Below are positions 63,201-64,000 of a stretch of DNA of 64,000 nt, piece by piece. Origin of the DNA: the human T2T-CHM13v2.0 reference genome, Homo sapiens. A program made the position numbers and the translations under genes. Location of the stretch: the NCBI RefSeq assembly GCF_009914755.1, contig NC_060933.1. One strand, given 5' to 3'. Numbering within the stretch: position 1 is the first letter of the stretch; each line of letters starts with the position of its first letter. Under the pieces are notes generated by a model. That model was not told the origin of the DNA. It worked only from the letters and a program-made list of their open reading frames with translations, and made no database searches.

Positions 63201-64000
63201 AGTGCAATCGAATGGAATCGAATGGAATGGAATGCAATGGAATGGAATCAACTCGATTGCAATCGAATGGAATGGAATGGAATTAACCCGAATAGAATGG
63301 AATGGAATGGAATGGAAAGGAACGGAATGGAATGGAATGGAATGGAATGGAATGGAATGGAACGGAACGGAATGGAATGGAATGGAATCAACGCGAGTGC
63401 AGGGGAATGGAATGGAATGGAATGCAATGGAATGGAATCTTCCGGAATGGAATGGAATGGAATGGAATGGAATGGAATCAACGCGAGTGCAGGGGAATGG
63501 AATGGAATGGAATGTAATGGAATGGAATCTTCCGGAATGGAATGGAATGGAAAGGAATCAACCCGAGTGCAATGGAATGGAGTGGAATGGAATGGAATGG
63601 AATGGAACAACCCGAATGGAATCGAATGTAATGGAGAGTAAGGGAGTTGAATAGAATCAATCCGAATGTAATGGAATGGAATGGAACGGAATGGAATTGA
63701 ATGGAATGGAATGGAATGCAATGGAATGGAATCAACCCGAGTGCAATGGAATGGAGAGGAATGGAATGGAATGGAGTGGAAACTACCCGAATGGAATGGA
63801 ATGTAATGGAGTGTAAGGGAATTGAATAGAATCAATCCGAATGGAATGGAATGGAATGGAACGGAATGGAATGGAATGGAATGGAATGGAATGGAATGGA
63901 ATCAACCCGAGTGCAATCGAATGGAATCGAATGGAATAGAATGCAATGGAATGGATTCAACTTGAATGGAATGGAAAGAATGGAATCAACACGAGTGGAA
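40086..64000 (+). repeat. ~14.85-kb offset duplication (40086-~49150 vs 54946-64000, running off the window end)
   Basis: ORF pairs 41323/56183, 42026/56881, 43458/58308, 45022/59877, 45827/60667, 47405/62260 and 48248/63088 have offsets of 14840-14860. Shared derived words: GGCATGGAAAGG (~41713/~56573), GGATTGGCATGC (~45063/~59918), CTTCCAGAA (~45418/~60268) and GGAACAAACTC (~46148/~60988). Confidence 0.88.
43260..54960 (+). repeat. ~6.8-kb offset duplication (43.26-48.17 kb vs 50.1-54.96 kb)
   Basis: Shared rare words: CACCTCGATTG (45578/52410), GAAATGGACTCAA (~45818/~52645), GGATTGGGATGG (~45903/~52730), GAATGCAGTCG (~46868/~53695) and GGAACCATCCG (~47665/~54447). Offsets are 6782-6852. 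Confidence 0.85.

Larger units (their letters stand above)
1..64000 (+). repeat. Human Satellite III (HSat3 / SatIII) array, (GGAAT)n/(ATTCC)n with interspersed CAAC(C/A)CGAGT decamers; pericentromeric heterochromatin, probably 9q12 HSat3B5-like
   Basis: Every line is GGAAT pentamers or single-base variants. CAACCCGAGT/CAACACGAGT/CAACGCGAGT/CAACTCGATT recur every ~50-200 bp, which is the established signature of satellite 3 as opposed to satellite 2. The purine-rich strand is + throughout. The chromosome assignment is inference and less certain than the family call. Confidence 0.97.

Noticed and set aside
5-63835. Hundreds of ORFs on both strands, (MEWNG)n and (FHSIP)n
   Set aside because: GGAAT and ATTCC repeats contain no stop codon in any frame, and GGAAT supplies an ATG every 5 bp. 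The ORFs overlap in all frames, have no domain content and repeat with the satellite period.
1-64000. CRISPR-like alternation of a conserved motif (CAACCCGAGT) with spacers
   Set aside because: The intervening sequence is itself GGAAT repeat of variable length rather than unique spacers. There is no leader or cas gene, and the context is eukaryotic satellite.
1-64000. HSat2, alpha satellite/CENP-B boxes or telomeric repeat
   Set aside because: Long perfect GGAAT runs with CAACCCGAGT define HSat3. I saw no CATTCGATTC-dominated diverged HSat2 pattern, no 171-bp alphoid monomer and no TTAGGG array.
1-64000. DYZ1 (Yq12) 3.6-kb HSat3 repeat
   Set aside because: The observed periods are ~7.3, 6.12, 6.8 and 14.85 kb; no 3.56-kb period is evident.

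Overview
The whole 64-kb window is one uninterrupted block of human-type classical Satellite III (HSat3/SatIII). It consists of (GGAAT)n pentamers on the + strand punctuated by the diagnostic CAAC(C/A/G/T)CGAGT decamer and about a dozen other recurrent variant words. It most resembles the chromosome 9q12 (HSat3B5-like) array; that assignment is inferred from remembered motif matches, not from a search. I see no genes, RNA genes, transposon insertions, CRISPR array or strand inversion. All listed ORFs ((MEWNG)n / (FHSIP)n) are artefacts of a stop-free pentamer. The real structure is a nested repeat hierarchy: 5 bp, ~175-185 bp, ~0.87 kb, a 7.3-kb duplication (1-11.8 kb), a deleted ~4.9-kb variant (16-20.7 kb), four tandem 6.12-kb units (20.7-45.2 kb), a 6.8-kb duplication, a 14.85-kb duplication with a junction at a CAACCCGAGTGCAAT motif, and a ~35-kb long-range homology. 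The most functionally suggestive signal is an in-phase variant pentamer (CTTCC) that turns head-to-tail nGAAn repeats into about 55-60 perfect three-unit heat-shock elements (GGAAT-CTTCC-GGAAT). A subset of these is followed ~25-40 bp later by an AATAAA variant. I found no evidence for a novel protein-coding system. All counts and coordinates were read by eye and need computational confirmation.
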